Shown piece by piece: positions 33,740 to 46,841 of a stretch of DNA of 64,000 nucleotides. The first letter of the stretch is position 1; the number at the start of each line of letters is the position of its first letter. The translations under genes were made by a program, and so were the position numbers. This DNA comes from Scyliorhinus canicula (lineage: Eukaryota), in the NCBI RefSeq assembly GCF_902713615.1, contig NC_052146.1, forward strand, positions 309,768,335 to 309,832,334. Direction: 5' to 3'. The notes under the pieces are model-generated. The model ran no database searches. It had not been told where the DNA came from and was given only the letters and a program-made list of their open reading frames with translations.

Positions 33740-36100
33740 GGGTCCAAGGACACAACTGAAGGGCTGTAACTCCTGACTATTGCCTGTGGAGCAGTGGTGT
33801 TCTGTTAGTACAGCTGAGTACCTGAGAGTGTGTGTGGAAGGCAAAGCCTGAATCCACATGGTCATCCAGGAGAGAGGAACATCAGAAGGAGATGGAAATC
33901 CTGGAGGTGGATCCTTGTGGGTGGAACCCAAGGGAAAGCATTGGTTGGGATACCGCTTTGGATACTGTTGGGGGGGGGGGGGACTTACCAGGGGTTAGCA
34001 ATGGGGCACAGGTCTGTGGCACAGATTCTGTCCCTGTTGCTCAGAAGGGAAGGGGGGAGAGGAGTAGAGCATTAGTCATTGGAGACTCCATAGTTAGGGG
34101 GAGGGATAGGAGGTTCTGTGGGAACGAGAGCGACTCGCGGTTGGTGTGTTGCCTCCCAGGTGCCAGGGTCCGCGATGTCTGGTTCGTGTTTTCGGGATCC
34201 TTCAGGGGGAGGGGGAACAGCCCCAAGTCGTGGTCCACATCGCCACCAATGACATAGTTAGGAAAAGGGATAGGGTGGTAAGGCAGGAATTCAGGGAGAT
34301 GGGGTGGAAACGTAGATCTAGAACAAACAGAGTTATTATCTCTGGGTTGTTACCCCTGACATGTGCTAGCGAGATGAGGAATAGGGAGAGAGAGCAGTTG
34401 AACACGTGGCTACAGGGATGGTGCAGGAGGGAGGATTTGAGATTCCTGGATAATTGGGCTCATTCTGAGGAAGGAGGGACCTCTACAAACGGGATGGTCT
34501 ACACCTGGACCAAAGGGGTACCAATATCCTGGGGGGGGGGGGGGGGGGGGGGGGAGATTTGCCAGTGCTCTTTGGAAGGGTTTAAACTAGTTCAGCAGGG
34601 GATTGGGAACCTGAATTGTAGCTCCAGTATACAGGAGGTTGAGAATAGTGAGGTCATGAGTAAGGTTTCAAAGCTGCAGGAGTGTACTGCAGGCAGGAAG
34701 GTGGTTTAAAGTGTGTCTACTTCAATGCCAGGAGCATCCGGAATAAGATGGGTGAACTTGCAGCATGGGTTAGTACCTGGGACTTCGATGTTGTGGCCAT
34801 TTCGGAGACATGGATAGAGCAGGGACAGGAATGGTTGTTGCAGGTGCCGGGGTTTAGATATTTCAGGAAGCTCAGGGAAGGTGGTAAGAGAGGGGAGGGG
34901 TGGCATTGTTAGTCAAGGACAGTATTACGGTGGCAGAAAGGAAGTTTGATGAGGACTCGTCTACTGAGGTAGTATGGGCTGAGGTTAGAAACAGGAAAGG
35001 AGAGGTCACCCTGTTAGGGGTTTTCTACAGGCCTTCGAAAAGTTCCAGAGATGTAGAGGAAAGGATTGCAAAGATGATTCTAGATAGGAGCGAAAGCATG
35101 AGGGTAGTTGTAATGGGGGACTTTAACTTTCCAAATATTGACTGGAAGCCCTATAGTTTGATTACTTTAGATGCGTCCGTTTTTGTCCAATGTGTACAGG
35201 AGGGTTTCCTGATGCAGTATGTAGATAGGCCAACGAGAGGCGAGGCCGTATTGGATTTGGTACTGGGTAATGAACCAGGACAGGTGTTAGATTTGGAGAT
35301 AGGTGAGCACTTTGGTGATAGTGACCACAATTCGATTACGTTTACTTTAGTGATGGAAAGGGATAGGTATATACCACAGGGAAAGTGTTATATCTGGGGG
35401 AAAGGCAATTATGATGTGATGAGTCAAGACTTAGAATGCATCGGCTGGAGAGGAAAACTGCAGGGAATGGGCACAATGGAAATGTGGAGCTTGTTCAAGG
35501 AACAGCTACTGCGTGTCCTTGATAAGTATGTACCTGTCAGGCAGGGAGGAAGTGGTCGAGCGATGAAACCGTGATTTACTAAAGCAGTTGAAACACTTGT
35601 CAAGAGGAAGAAGGAGGCTTCTGTAAAGATGCGACGTTGATGTTCAGTTAGGGCGCTCAAGAGTTACAAGTTAGCTAGGAAGAATCTAAAGAGAGAGCTA
35701 AGAAGAGCCAGGAGGGGACATGAGAAGTTTTTGGCAGGTACGATCAAGGATAACCCTAAAGCTTTCTATAGATATGTCAGGAATAAAAAAATGACAAGGT
35801 TAAGAGTAGGGCCAGTCAAGGACAGTAGTGGGAAGTTGTGCGTGGAGTCCAAGGAGATAGGAGAGGTGTTAAATGAATGTTTTTCGTTAGTATTCACACA
35901 GGAAAAAGACAATGTTGTCGAGGAGAATACTGAGATTCAGGCTACCAGACTAGAAGGGCTTGAGTTTCACAAGGAGGAGGTGTTAGCAATACTGGCAAGT
36001 CCCCTGGGCTTCTGACAAATAGATCAGTCCCCTGGGCTGGATGGGATTTATCCTAGGATTCTCTGGGAAGCTAGGGAGGAAATTGCTGAGCCTTTGGCTT
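33740..36100 (+). pseudogene. CR1 LINE 5' half: ORF1 SGNH-esterase remnant and ORF2 endonuclease, frameshifted
   Basis: VIGDSIVRG..CCLPGARVRDV..VHIATND; YFNARSI, ISETW, MGDFNFP, LDLVL, SDHN. Confidence 0.9.
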
Positions 36101-36114
36101 TGATCTTTAATGAT

Positions 36115-36540
36115 GTCCTCTGATCTCCGGGTAAGCGTTCTCCAAGGCGGTCTTCCGGACATGCGACAACGCAGAATTGCCGAGCAAAAACTTATAGCTA
36201 AGTTCCGCACGCATGAGTGCGGCCTCAACCGGGATCTTGGATTCATGTCGCATTACATTCACCCCCCACCATCTGGCCTGGACTTGCAAAATCCTTCCAA
36301 CTGTCCTGGCTTGAGACAATTCACACCTATTTAACCTGGGGTTACCCCTATCTCTGGATCTGTAATGATTTGATTACCCGCAAACGCTCGCATTCCAAGC
36401 CTTGTCTGGCATCTCTGACTTTGTCTATATAAATGTTTGTGGAAAATATCTCTCCATTCACCTGAGGAAGGAGCAGTGCTCCGAAAGCTCGTGTTTGAAA
36501 CAAACCTGTTGGACTTTAACCTGGTGTTGTAAGACTTCTT
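36115..36540 (+). mobile_element. Penelope-like element 3' end (GIY-YIG C-terminus + pseudo-LTR)
   Basis: QRRIAEQKLIAKFRTHECGLNRDLGFMSHY followed by a hammerhead-bearing tail. Confidence 0.8.
36459..36493 (+). ncRNA. Minimal type I hammerhead ribozyme
   Basis: CAC-CUGAGGA-A-GGAGC agu GCUCC-GAA-AGCU-C-GUG: core, 5-bp stem II, palindromic stem III, CAC/GUG stem I. Confidence 0.75.
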
Positions 36541-36544
36541 TCTG

Positions 36545-38092
36545 TACAGCAGGAAAGGTTATTTTAAAGATTTTCTTGGCTCTATTAGCCACAAAGGCAT
36601 GGGAATTCAAATCTATAGATATAAAAGCTGCCTTTTTGCAGGGGCATCAGCTCCAGAGAGACATTTTTCTCTGTCCTCCTAAAGAAGCAGCTAACACAGA
36701 AGGGATAATCTGGAAGTTGAACAAATATGTATATGGATTAAATGATGCATATAGAGTGTGGTACTTTTCGGTAAGGTCAGTTTTGTTAAAGCTAGGCTGT
36801 TGCCCGTTGAAAGCAGATCCTGCAATGTTTTACTGGCACTATAAAGGAAATCTTTCTGGCATCTTTATGATGCATGTTGATGATTTTTTGTGGGGTGGGA
36901 CTAGTGATTTTGAAGCTATTGTAATCTCTGGTTTGATGTAAAGAATTCAGGGTTGGAAGTCAGGATTCCGGTGGATTTAAATATATTGGACTGGAAATTG
37001 GACAGACTAAGTTAGGGGCAACTTTACGTCAGCAAACTTGGAAAGCATCAGCCCAATAGCAATTAGTCATGGCCGAGTTTCACAAAAAGACGCAATGGTT
37101 TCAAAGATAGAAAAAGAGCAACTGCGAAGTTTAATAGGGCAACTGAACTGGTTAGGGAGACAGACTAGACCGGACATGAGTTTTGATGTCTGAAGAGTTG
37201 AGTACAAAAATGAATGATCCCACAGTGGAAGACATAATAAGAGCAAATGAAGCGTTGGCCAAACTAAAAATGCAGCAGCGTGTTTTGAAGTTCCCGGTTT
37301 TAGGAGACGTTAGGCATTTGAAACTCATAGTTTGTAGTGATGCGTCCTATGCAAATTTATGTGATGGGGTTTCAAGCGGAGGAGGTGTTATAATTTTCCT
37401 TTTGGGGAACAATGGTAAATGTTGCCCTCTTGTGTGGGAAACAAAGAAAATAAGGAGAGTGGTCAAAAGCACTTTGGCTGCTGAGACGTTAAGCCTTGTG
37501 GAAGCGCTGGATATGGCCTTTTATCTAAGTCAGATACTGACAGAAATTTTGGGATTATGGGATTTGGGTAATATACCTATTGACTGTCACATTGACAATA
37601 AATCCCGGTGGGAAAATGTGCACTCTACAAAAAGTGTCAATGAAAAGAGGTTCCAGATAGACATCGCAAGTTTGAAGCAGATGTTGGACAGAGGGGAAAT
37701 AACAAAAATTAAATGGGTCAACAGTAGCTATCAACTGTCAGACAGTTTTAAGAAAAGAGTGGATAGTTCGTGGAAAATTTTGGATATTATTAATGAAGGG
37801 CGCCTGTTTCTGTGACTGGGTTTTTTCCCCCTTCCAAACAAAAAAACCTAATTGTTTTTTTTTCTCCAAGGAAGGGGAGACTGTTAAGTAATGGGTTAAG
37901 AGACATTGCAATTAGTTGTCTCATTTATGTTAAGTGTTTATTGACACTGATCTGTAAAGGGGCTTCAGGTGGCCTCTGGGTCTGGTGATGTGTAGAGTTT
38001 TGTGCAGACTCTGTTGGAAGAAATAAAAATGTGTTGGTGAAAAAGGAACAGACTTTTGTCTCTTCAAACCACAGCATCTAATACGTCTAACA
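36545..38092 (+). mobile_element. Ty1/copia (GalEa-like) 3' fragment: RT, RNase H, PPT and 3' LTR (37882-38092)
   Basis: IDIKAAFLQG, YGLND, HVDD, SDASYAN, VVKSTLAAET; PPT aaggaaggggagac; LTR tgttaag..tctaaca. Confidence 0.85.
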
Positions 38093-38938
38093 TGGAGGAG
38101 AATGAGAGGCGACTTAATGGAGGTTTATAAGATGATGAGGGGGATAGATAGAGTGGATGTTCAGAGACTATTTCCTTGGGGGGATGTAGCTGTAACAAGA
38201 GGGCATAACTGTAAGATTCAGGGTGGGAGATATAGGAGGGATGTCCGAGGTAGGTTCTTTACTCAGAGAGTACTTAGGGTGTGGAATGGACTGCCTGCTG
38301 TGATAGTGGAGTCGGACACTGGAGGAACTTTCAAGTCATTATTGGATAGGTACATGGAGCACACCACAATGACAGGGAGTGGGATAGCTTGATCTTGGTT
38401 TCGGACAAAGCTCGGCACAACATCGAGGGCCGAAGGGCCTGTTCTGTGCTGTACTGTTCTATGTTCTAAGCTGAGGGGTTTACAAGCTTTGGTCCAACAC
38501 CATTTGGACGACAGTGCACATTTCTGATCACCATTTTATAAATCAGAAATAGAGGCTTTGAAGAAGGTGCTAAGAGGATTTACAAGAATCACACCGGGAT
38601 TGGAAACTATTCCAATTGGGAAAAGATAATTAGGCTGGGGCCCTTTCTCTTCAAAAGTGAAGAAAAATGAGTGATCGAATCAACATCTTTAAAATGATGG
38701 CAGGTGTTGACAGAGTAAACAGAGAGTGTCTCCATTTGTGGAGAAGAGTGAAAATAGAGGCCATCAATATCAGACGGTCACTAATAAATCCAATGGGTAA
38801 TTCAGAGGGCAGCATTTACCCAGAGAGCAATGGGAATGTGGAACTCGCTCCCACGTGGAGTGGTTCAAATGTTACGATCCCAGCTGATGTTAGTGCATCG
38901 AGTCAGATCCCAGAGTGGAACCCAGCTTGAGAGATATT

Positions 38939-39786
38939 GGGCGGGATTCTCCGTGCTGAGGGCGGGACAGAATCGAGGGAATTCTACGGCAGCAAAACTG
39001 CCGCCGCTCCCGGAGAAATTCATCAACCGTAAATGGGCTAGCACCGGCACCATGTGGGACACGGGCGATTCCAATGGGAAACGGTGTCGAATATACCGGA
39101 GTTGGGATTGACACTCGAGTGGCTGACAAGCTGCAGCTGTATATTCGCACCCCACTCCGCACACACACTCATCCCAGCCAGTAAGAGGGCACCGGTTGTG
39201 CTGGAGCGTGTCCATCCCGCTGATGGGTCAGCTGAAGCCAGAGGATACCTGGGGATGGGGAGGGGGTGGGCTGGGGGTCACCCATACGACCTGTGGCACT
39301 AAGTTCACAGTGAGCAGTCGGTAGTGTGTGCAGCCGCATGGCTGCCTTGCCACCTGCGGCAATGGTGTTCCGTGCCCGTCCAGCCTGACCCCACAGCCCA
39401 CCTCCTGGCCACCACCCCCCCCCCCTCCACTACTCCCCCCGAGACCCTGGCAGAAGCCCCCCGGCCAGCGGCACAGCTGTCAGCACACTATAGCGATGTT
39501 GGACACTTTCCGTACCCCCTCTCTCTCCCTCAGCAGCCACGGAGCCTGTTTCCCGATTATTGAAACCACAAGTGAAACACGGCGTCGGTAATTCCTCCCG
39601 ATGGAGGCGGAGCATCGCGGAAGCCCCGGAGAATACCGGCTCAGGCCCGCTAATGATATGTGAACGGTGTTTACTGTACATGCAGAGTAGAATGCATTGA
39701 CACCGCCGTTGAGGCACCGGAGTGTGGCATTCTGTCGGGCAGCCAGCTCCGGCCTCCATTTTGTCCTCACGACCGTTTCTCCGCCC
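38939..39786. mobile_element. MITE-like non-autonomous element
   Basis: Termini gggcgggattctcc / degenerate inverse; same family as 41487-42332. Confidence 0.55.
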
Positions 39787-40726
39787 AATCACCTTTCCTG
39801 ATTGCAGCGTCGGCCGACGGAGATTCCCACCATTTCTGTTTCGATACTTAATTGGCAGCTACTGAACAGAGTCACAGGGCTGCCGATGAACTTTTAACAA
39901 GGGAATAAAACATTGATTAATTTCTGCCAACTCCACCAACCCACCGATATTATTTTGGAGCTGACAGCTATCCTCTACACCATCCACTGCACGGACAATT
40001 TTTGTGTCATCTGCAAATTTCCAATCGTGCCCCCACCATCCCGTGTTCAAGTCCAAATCGTTAATATATAAAACAAAGAGCAGGTGTGCCAACACCGAGC
40101 CCTGCGGAACACCAGTTGAAACAGCTTCCCAATCGCAAGGGCAGCCATCAACCATTCCCCTTTGTTTCCTGTTACTGAGCCAACGTTGGATCTGTGTTCT
40201 CACCAAGGATCCACCTCCAGGGTTCCAAACTCTCCTTCAGTTATTCCCATGCCCTGGATTGTCATGTGCCTTCAAGCTTTCACACACTTTCCCAGGATCC
40301 CAGCTGTGCCAACAGAATGCAACTGTTTTACAGGCTGCATAAGTTGTAAGCAAACATCTTGCAAGCCGCCATGCTCCAGGTCTACACCTTAACTGGGAGC
40401 CTTTCTCTCTGCTCCTGAATTCACTGAACAGAACCTTTTTTCCATATTTCTCAATTGATCACGGTTCGATCAGCCCGATCGATAAAGTCCAATCAGGGGC
40501 TGCCACATTAATTTTGGGGTGGGCACTCCCCGTTTACCTCCTTTCTCCTGAACTAACTGTTCTAACTGTCTTTGTCTGGGCCCCTGGTTACCTGTTTTGT
40601 AAAACCATCATTACAATGCAGGCATCAAAACCAACCAACAGATTTTCAGGCAACATTTAAGAAATCAGATTAAAATTGAAGTTTTATTTCATTTTTAGCA
40701 CACACATACAGAAACACAAAATTCAG

Positions 40727-40732
40727 TTTATT
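40727..40732 (-). terminator. Candidate poly(A) signal of gene B
   Basis: AATAAA on minus strand followed by a GT-rich stretch; second AATAAA at 40683-40688. Confidence 0.35.
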
Positions 40733-41486
40733 TGAAACTATAACTTTGTATACCCACAAATACAAATAACTTCGAAACTTCTCTATTTCCTAATTGAAGC
40801 AAGTGGCACAGACACAGTTTTGGGGAAGTGAAGTAAACAAATAAGGATGAGGCAGGATATGTTGATGGTTTGATGGGAAAGGATTGCAGGAGGTTTAAAT
40901 CGAGCATAAATCCCAGCATGGACTGTTATTGAAATACTTTCACATCATGTGGGATGTTGCTGACTGGACCAGCATTTATTGCCCATCCCTAACTGCCCCA
41001 TGTGAAGGTGGGGGTGAGCTGCCTTCTTGAACCGCTGCAGTCCATGTGGAGTAGGTACACCCACAGTGCTGTTAGGGAGGGAGTTCCAGGATTTTGACCC
41101 AGTGACAGTGAAGGAACAGCGATATATTTCCAAATCAGGATGGTGAGTGAGTGGAGGGGAATTTGCAGATAGTGGTGATCCCAGGTATCTGCTGCTCCTG
41201 TCCTTCTAGATTGTAGAAGTCAAAGATTTGGAAAGAGCTGCCAAAGGAGCCTTGGTGAGTTGCTGCTGTGCATCTTGTGGATGGTACAGACGGCTGGGAC
41301 TGTGCGTCCGTGCTGGGGAAAGTATATGTTGAGGCTGGTGGATGGGGTGTAAATCAAGCGGGCTGCTTTGTCCTGGAAGGTCTTCAGTTTGCTCAGTGTT
41401 GTTGGAGCTGCACTCATCCAGGAAAGTGGAAAGTATTCCATCGCACTCCTGACTTGTACCTTGTGGATGTGAGATATGGGGACATG

Positions 41487-41554
41487 GGGCTGGATTCTCC
41501 GATTTTGAGGCTGCGTCCGGAGGATGGTTTTGCCCCCTCCGCCGTCCCGTCCCA

Positions 41555-41587
<33 letters not shown>

Positions 41588-42332
41588 CCGCACTGATCCT
41601 CTGACCAGTGAGGGGCTAGGAACCGTGCCACATAAAAAGCACGGCCTTCCCGATATAAACGGCCGGAGAATTGCCGCGTCTGTGACCGTGCCTGCGCACG
41701 GCGACGATCTGCAGCGGTTCCGCCGTACAGCATGGTCCCACGCGGAACCAACCTGTCAGGTAGTTCCCCCCCCGGACACCTCCTCGCCACCCCCAGGCCA
41801 TTCCGCACCGCTCCCCCCAGCCGTCACCGCTCCCCCCCTCCCCGGACACCTCCTCGCCACCCCCAGGCCATTCCGCACTGCTCCCCCCAGCCGTCACCGC
41901 TCCCCCCAGCTGTCACCGCTCCCCCCAGCTGTCACCGCCCCCCCCCCCCCCCCCCCCCCAGCTGTCACCGTTCTCTCCAGCTGTCACCGCTCCCCCCCCC
42001 CCCCCCCCCCACCGGCCAGCAGAATGGCTCCCGCCCGACTGTGGCGATGTTGGACACAGTCCGCAGCCGCCATGCCGGCTTCACCAAAACTGAGAGCACA
42101 CGGGATCCCCGCCGTCAGGAACTCGGCCCATCGGGGGCGGAGCTTCGGGGGAGGGCCTTCAGATAACCTCCTGAGGCCGTCCCAACGGCGTGCGGCGTGC
42201 TCACCGATGATGCTGTATTGGAGGGAGCGGAGAATCCGAAAACTGGCGCCGCCCCCAATTCGGTCGGAAACAGGGATTCTCCGCTGGATCGCCGATTATG
42301 GTATCGGCGTCGGACACTGGAGAATCCCAGCC
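41487..42332. mobile_element. MITE-like element inserted in a LINE fragment
   Basis: Inverted termini gggctggattctcc / ggagaatcccagcc. Confidence 0.65.
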
Positions 42333-42980
42333 AAGGTTTGGGGAGCCAGGAGGTGGGTTTCTCGCTGCTGAATTCACAGTATCTGATCTGCTCCGGTAGC
42401 CACAGTATTTATATCCCTGATTCAGTTCAGTTTCTGGTCAATGGGAACCCCCAGGATGTTGATAGTGGGGGATTCAGCAATGATAATGCCATTGACTGTA
42501 ACGGGGCGATGGTTAGATTCTCTCTTGTTGGAGATGGTCATTGACCGGCACTTGTGTGGTATAAATGTAACTTGCCACTTGTCAGTCCAAGCCTGGATAT
42601 TGTCCAGGTCTTGCTGCATTTGGACATGGACTGCATGGGCTCATTGTGCTGAATGATCTGTTTCTGGGCCTTATATTCAACACAACATTCTGAAATCAGA
42701 CGTACACTGCACACTTGGATCTTCAAATCAGAGTCTAGTAGAAAACAACTGAAACATCAAAAATAAACCAGAAAACTATGGACTGAGAATGAGGAGGCCT
42801 AAAAACTGAACTTTACTGTAATAAACACCATCTCGAATTTCTTACATTTCCACACAAACCTCCTCTATCCTATTGACCATCTGACCACACTTCTGGTGTC
42901 AGTAATCCCACACCCTCCCGTTCTCATGTCCGATCTCTTCCCACTCAATGAATCATTTGGATGCAGTCATGCCAGGTCAC

Positions 42981-43000
42981 TCAGTTACTCTCAGCCTCAA
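42981..43000 (-). CDS. Receptor gene B, candidate terminal coding exon
   Basis: Branch-like CTAAT, pyrimidine tract, cAG; phase 1 gives (V)EAESN*; other acceptors (about 45370, 42750) are possible. Confidence 0.4.
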
Positions 43001-43189
43001 CTGGCAGTGATCAAGGAGACAAAATTAGGAGCAAGAAAGGATGGCCTGGCAGATTATTTTTGAGCTAAACCAGAATAGAATGTGGAATGAAGTGTAGAGA
43101 GTGTGGGGGACAGGCACCAGCTGGGGGTTAATGTGCAGAAATCATTGAAAGTGGCAGGACAGGTGGAGAGAGCAGTTACTGAAGCCCAG

Positions 43190-44480
43190 GAGAAACCTTT
43201 TCACACAGCGAATGGTTGGAATCCGGAATGTTCTGTCTGAGAGTGTGGTGAAGACAGATTCACACAGCGAGTGGTTCGGATCTGGAATGTACTGTATGAG
43301 AGTGTGGTGGAGACAGATTCACATAGCGAGTGGTTAGGATCCGGAATGTTCTGTCTGAGAGTGTGGTGGAGACAGATTCACACAGCGAGTGGTTAGGATT
43401 CGAATGTTCTGTCTGAGAGTGTGGTGGAGGCAGATTCACACAGCGACTGGTTGGAATCCGGAATGTTCTGTCTGAGACCGTGGTGGAGGCAGATTCACAT
43501 AGCGAGTGGTTAGGATCGGGAATGTTCTGTCTGAGAGTGTGGTGGAGGCAGATTCACACAGCGAGTGGTTAGGATCCGGAATGTTCTGTATGAGAGTGTG
43601 GTGGAGGAAGGATTCACACAGCGAGTGGTTAGGATCCGGAATGTTCTGTATGAGAGTGTGGTGGAGGCAGATTCACACAGCGAGTGGTTAGGATCCGGAA
43701 TGTTCTGTCTGAGAGTGTGGTGGAGGCAGATTCACACAGCGAGTGGTTAGGATCCGGAATGTTCTGTCTGAGAATGTGGTGGAGGCAGATTCACACAGCG
43801 AGTGGTTAGGATCCGGAATGTTCTATCTGAGAGTGTGGTGGAGACAGATTTACACAGCGAGTGGTTAGGACCCGGAATGTTCTGTCTGTGAGTGTGGTGG
43901 AGGCAGATTCACATAGCGAGTGGTTAGGATCCGGAATGTTCTGTCTGAGACCGTGGTGGAGGCAGATTCACACAGCGAGTGGTTAGGATCCGGAATGTTC
44001 TGTCTGAGAGTGTGGTGGAGGCAGATTCACACAGCGAGTGGTTAGGATCCGGAATGTTCTGTCTGTGAGTGTGGTGGAGGCAGAGCCACACAGCGAGGGG
44101 TTAGGATCCGGAATGTTCTGTCTGAGAGTGTGGTGGAGGCAGATTCACACAGCGAGGGGTTAGGATCCGGAATGTTCTGTCTGTGAGTGAGGTGGAGGCA
44201 GATTCACACAGCGAGTGGTTAGGATCCGGAATGTACTGTCTGAGAGTGTGGTGGAGGCAGATTCACACAGCGAGTGGTTAGGATCCGGAATGTTCTGTCT
44301 GTGAGTGTGGTGGAGGCAGAGCCACACAGCGAGGGGTTAGGATCCGGAATGTTCTGTCTGAGAGTGTGGTGGAGGCAGATTCACACAGCGAGGGGTTAGG
44401 ATCCGGAATGTTCTGTCTGTGAGTGAGGTGGAGGCAGATTCACACAGCGAGTGGTGAGGATCTGGAATGTTCTGTCTGAT
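43190..44480 (+). repeat. 59-bp minisatellite derived from the CR1 ORF2 3' end
   Basis: (gtggttaggatccggaatgttctgtctgagagtgtggtggaggcagattcacacagcga)n. Confidence 0.95.
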
Positions 44481-46798
44481 TTTATGGGCCAGGTCTCAGA
44501 AACTCCAAAGTATATTATGAAGTCCACCTGACCTACAACCTTTCTGTTGAATTTGACAAGGTTGAGCACAACAGCCTTCCTTCAGTTGTGATTCATCAGT
44601 TTTCCTCGACACTTTAATCAAAACAAGCTTTATTCTAAGAACTTAGTTAACATATATATATAAACACACAGCAAGAGTTTTTGATAATATTTATCAATTA
44701 CAAACATAAAGACACAACACAGCTACAGTAATCTATGTATAACACTGAATGAATTCCCCCTTAACTGTTCCAATTCAAAAACAAAATCCAATAAACCAAA
44801 AACCATTTTCATGAGCACTTTGCATTCTCACTTGAATAAGACTGGCTTTTCCTGAGATTCTGACCCCGTCTCACCTGCAGTTTTATACCCCTTCTGGAAA
44901 GCTGGCTATATCTTTCAAATTACCAAAGGGATGGGAACAAAGGGAGATAGTTTGGTGAGAAGCTGGCAGTTCAGCCTGGGGAAATGGAAAAAGATGGTGG
45001 GTAGAATTGGGGATGTGGGAAGAATGTGAGTATAAGGAGTTGAGCTATGAAATAATGACACTATTTTGATCATGTTCCTAATCGTCCTTATGCTCCTGGC
45101 CTCGGAATGGTGTCATATCGAAGGATAATTTCTGAAGTTCAGGAGCCGGGAGCTTGTCTATTGCCTGTTCAAACAAAATTAAAAATAGATTAGTTTCCAA
45201 AACTAAAGCTGCAGCCAACGTGAGAATAAAGGATAATTTCAGCTCCTCTGAGGAGTTTGTCCAGATTGTAACTCTGTTCTTAATGACGGGGAAACTCCCA
45301 GACTCCATCTCCAGCCTGCACAGAGTGAGCTGATCCCAGATGGAATGACAGTCGGGGCTACAGTTGGTCTGAACACCGAGTGGATATGAAAGGAAAATTG
45401 TTCAGTATTCCCACTCCATACACTGGGAATCATGGCTGGAAATGTATGTGTACATGTTATTGAATATCTGTGTGTCAGTATATGTGAACGTGTACACGTG
45501 TCTGTGTGTCTGTGTACATTTGGGAATGTGTGTCTGTCTGTAGATATTTCGGTCTATCTTTGTACCTGTGAATATGTGTGTATCGATTGGTTATATATGA
45601 TGGACAAATTTGAAGTAATGCATTTTGGAAGGTCTGATACAGGTGGAATAACACAGTAAATGGCAGAGCCCTTCAGAGTATTGACAGGCAGAGGGATCTG
45701 GCCGTACAGGTCCACAGGTCACTGAAAGTGGCAGCACAGGTGGATCGGGTAGTCAAGAAGGCAAACGGCCTGCTTGCCTTGATCTGTCACGGCATTGAGT
45801 ATAAGAAATGGCAAGTCATGCTGCAGCTGTACAGAACCTTAGTTCGGCCGCATTTCGAATATTGTGAACAATTCTGGTCAGCACACTACCAGAAGGATGT
45901 GGGTGCTTTGGAGAGAGTACAGAAGAGGTTTACCAGGTCTGGCCTGGAGGGTATTGAACTTGATGATCAGCAATGATCAGAATGAATGTGGGAGCAGGCT
46001 CGAAGGGCCGAATGGCCTCCTCCTGCTTCTATTTTCTATGTTTCTATGTATTAGTTATGTGGGGAGGTTGGATAAACTCTGATTGTTTTGATTGGAATGA
46101 CGGAGGCTGAGGGGCGACCTGACAGAGATTTATAAAATGATGAGTAGCATGGAGAGAGTGGATCATGAGAGGCTTTTTCCCAGGGTGAAAAATTCACTTA
46201 CCCAGGGTCATAGGTTCGAGGGGCAAAGTTTAGAGGAGATGTTCGAGGCAGGTTTTTTACACAGAGTGTGGTGGGTGCCTGGAATGCTCTGCGGGAGGAG
46301 GTGGTGGAAGGAGATACTATAGCGACGTTTGAGAGGCATCTTGACAATTACATGAATAGGATGTGAATAGAACAGAGAACATACAGTGCAGAAGGAGGCC
46401 ATTCGGAGGAAACCAGAGCACGCGGAGGAAACCCACGCAAACACGGGGAGAATGTGCAGACTCCACACAGCCAGTGAATAGAGGGATACGGACCCCGGAA
46501 GTGCAGAAGGTTTTAGTTCAGTCAGGCATCACAATCTGTGCAGGCTTGGAGGGCCGAAGGGCCTGTTCCTGTGCTGTACTTTTCTGTGTTCTTTATACAC
46601 ACAACATGAAATATATTACCACATGAGGATAATAATGGTCCATTGTCAGACTGGATTCCCTGCTCTCTATCGATTCTCTGCAGTGTTGCTGAAATGGGTC
46701 CATTTTGAGTCAGGCTTTCCCAGTTTCACCATTTATACAAAAAGTGACAGAATTCACCTGCTTTCCCTGACCCTCTGTTCAGTGTAATAGAAACATAC

Positions 46799-46841
46799 CT
46801 TTAATCTCACTGTACACAGACGAAGTTGGTTGCTGTAATGC
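46799..46841 (-). CDS. Receptor gene B, ITAM exon 2
   Basis: ctattttccctcAG / GTATGT, phase 0/1: ALQQPTSSVYSEIK. Confidence 0.82.

Noticed and set aside
41268-42371. 367-aa Pro-rich ORF
   Set aside because: Runs across a LINE fragment and a GC-rich MITE with poly-C tracts.
43190-44480. CRISPR-like array
   Set aside because: Eukaryotic head-to-tail tandem repeat with no unique spacers.
45078-45433. Minus-strand ORFs as a further TM or terminal exon of gene B
   Set aside because: An acceptor exists (would give DQL*), but it looks weaker than 43000 and has no motif support; unresolved.
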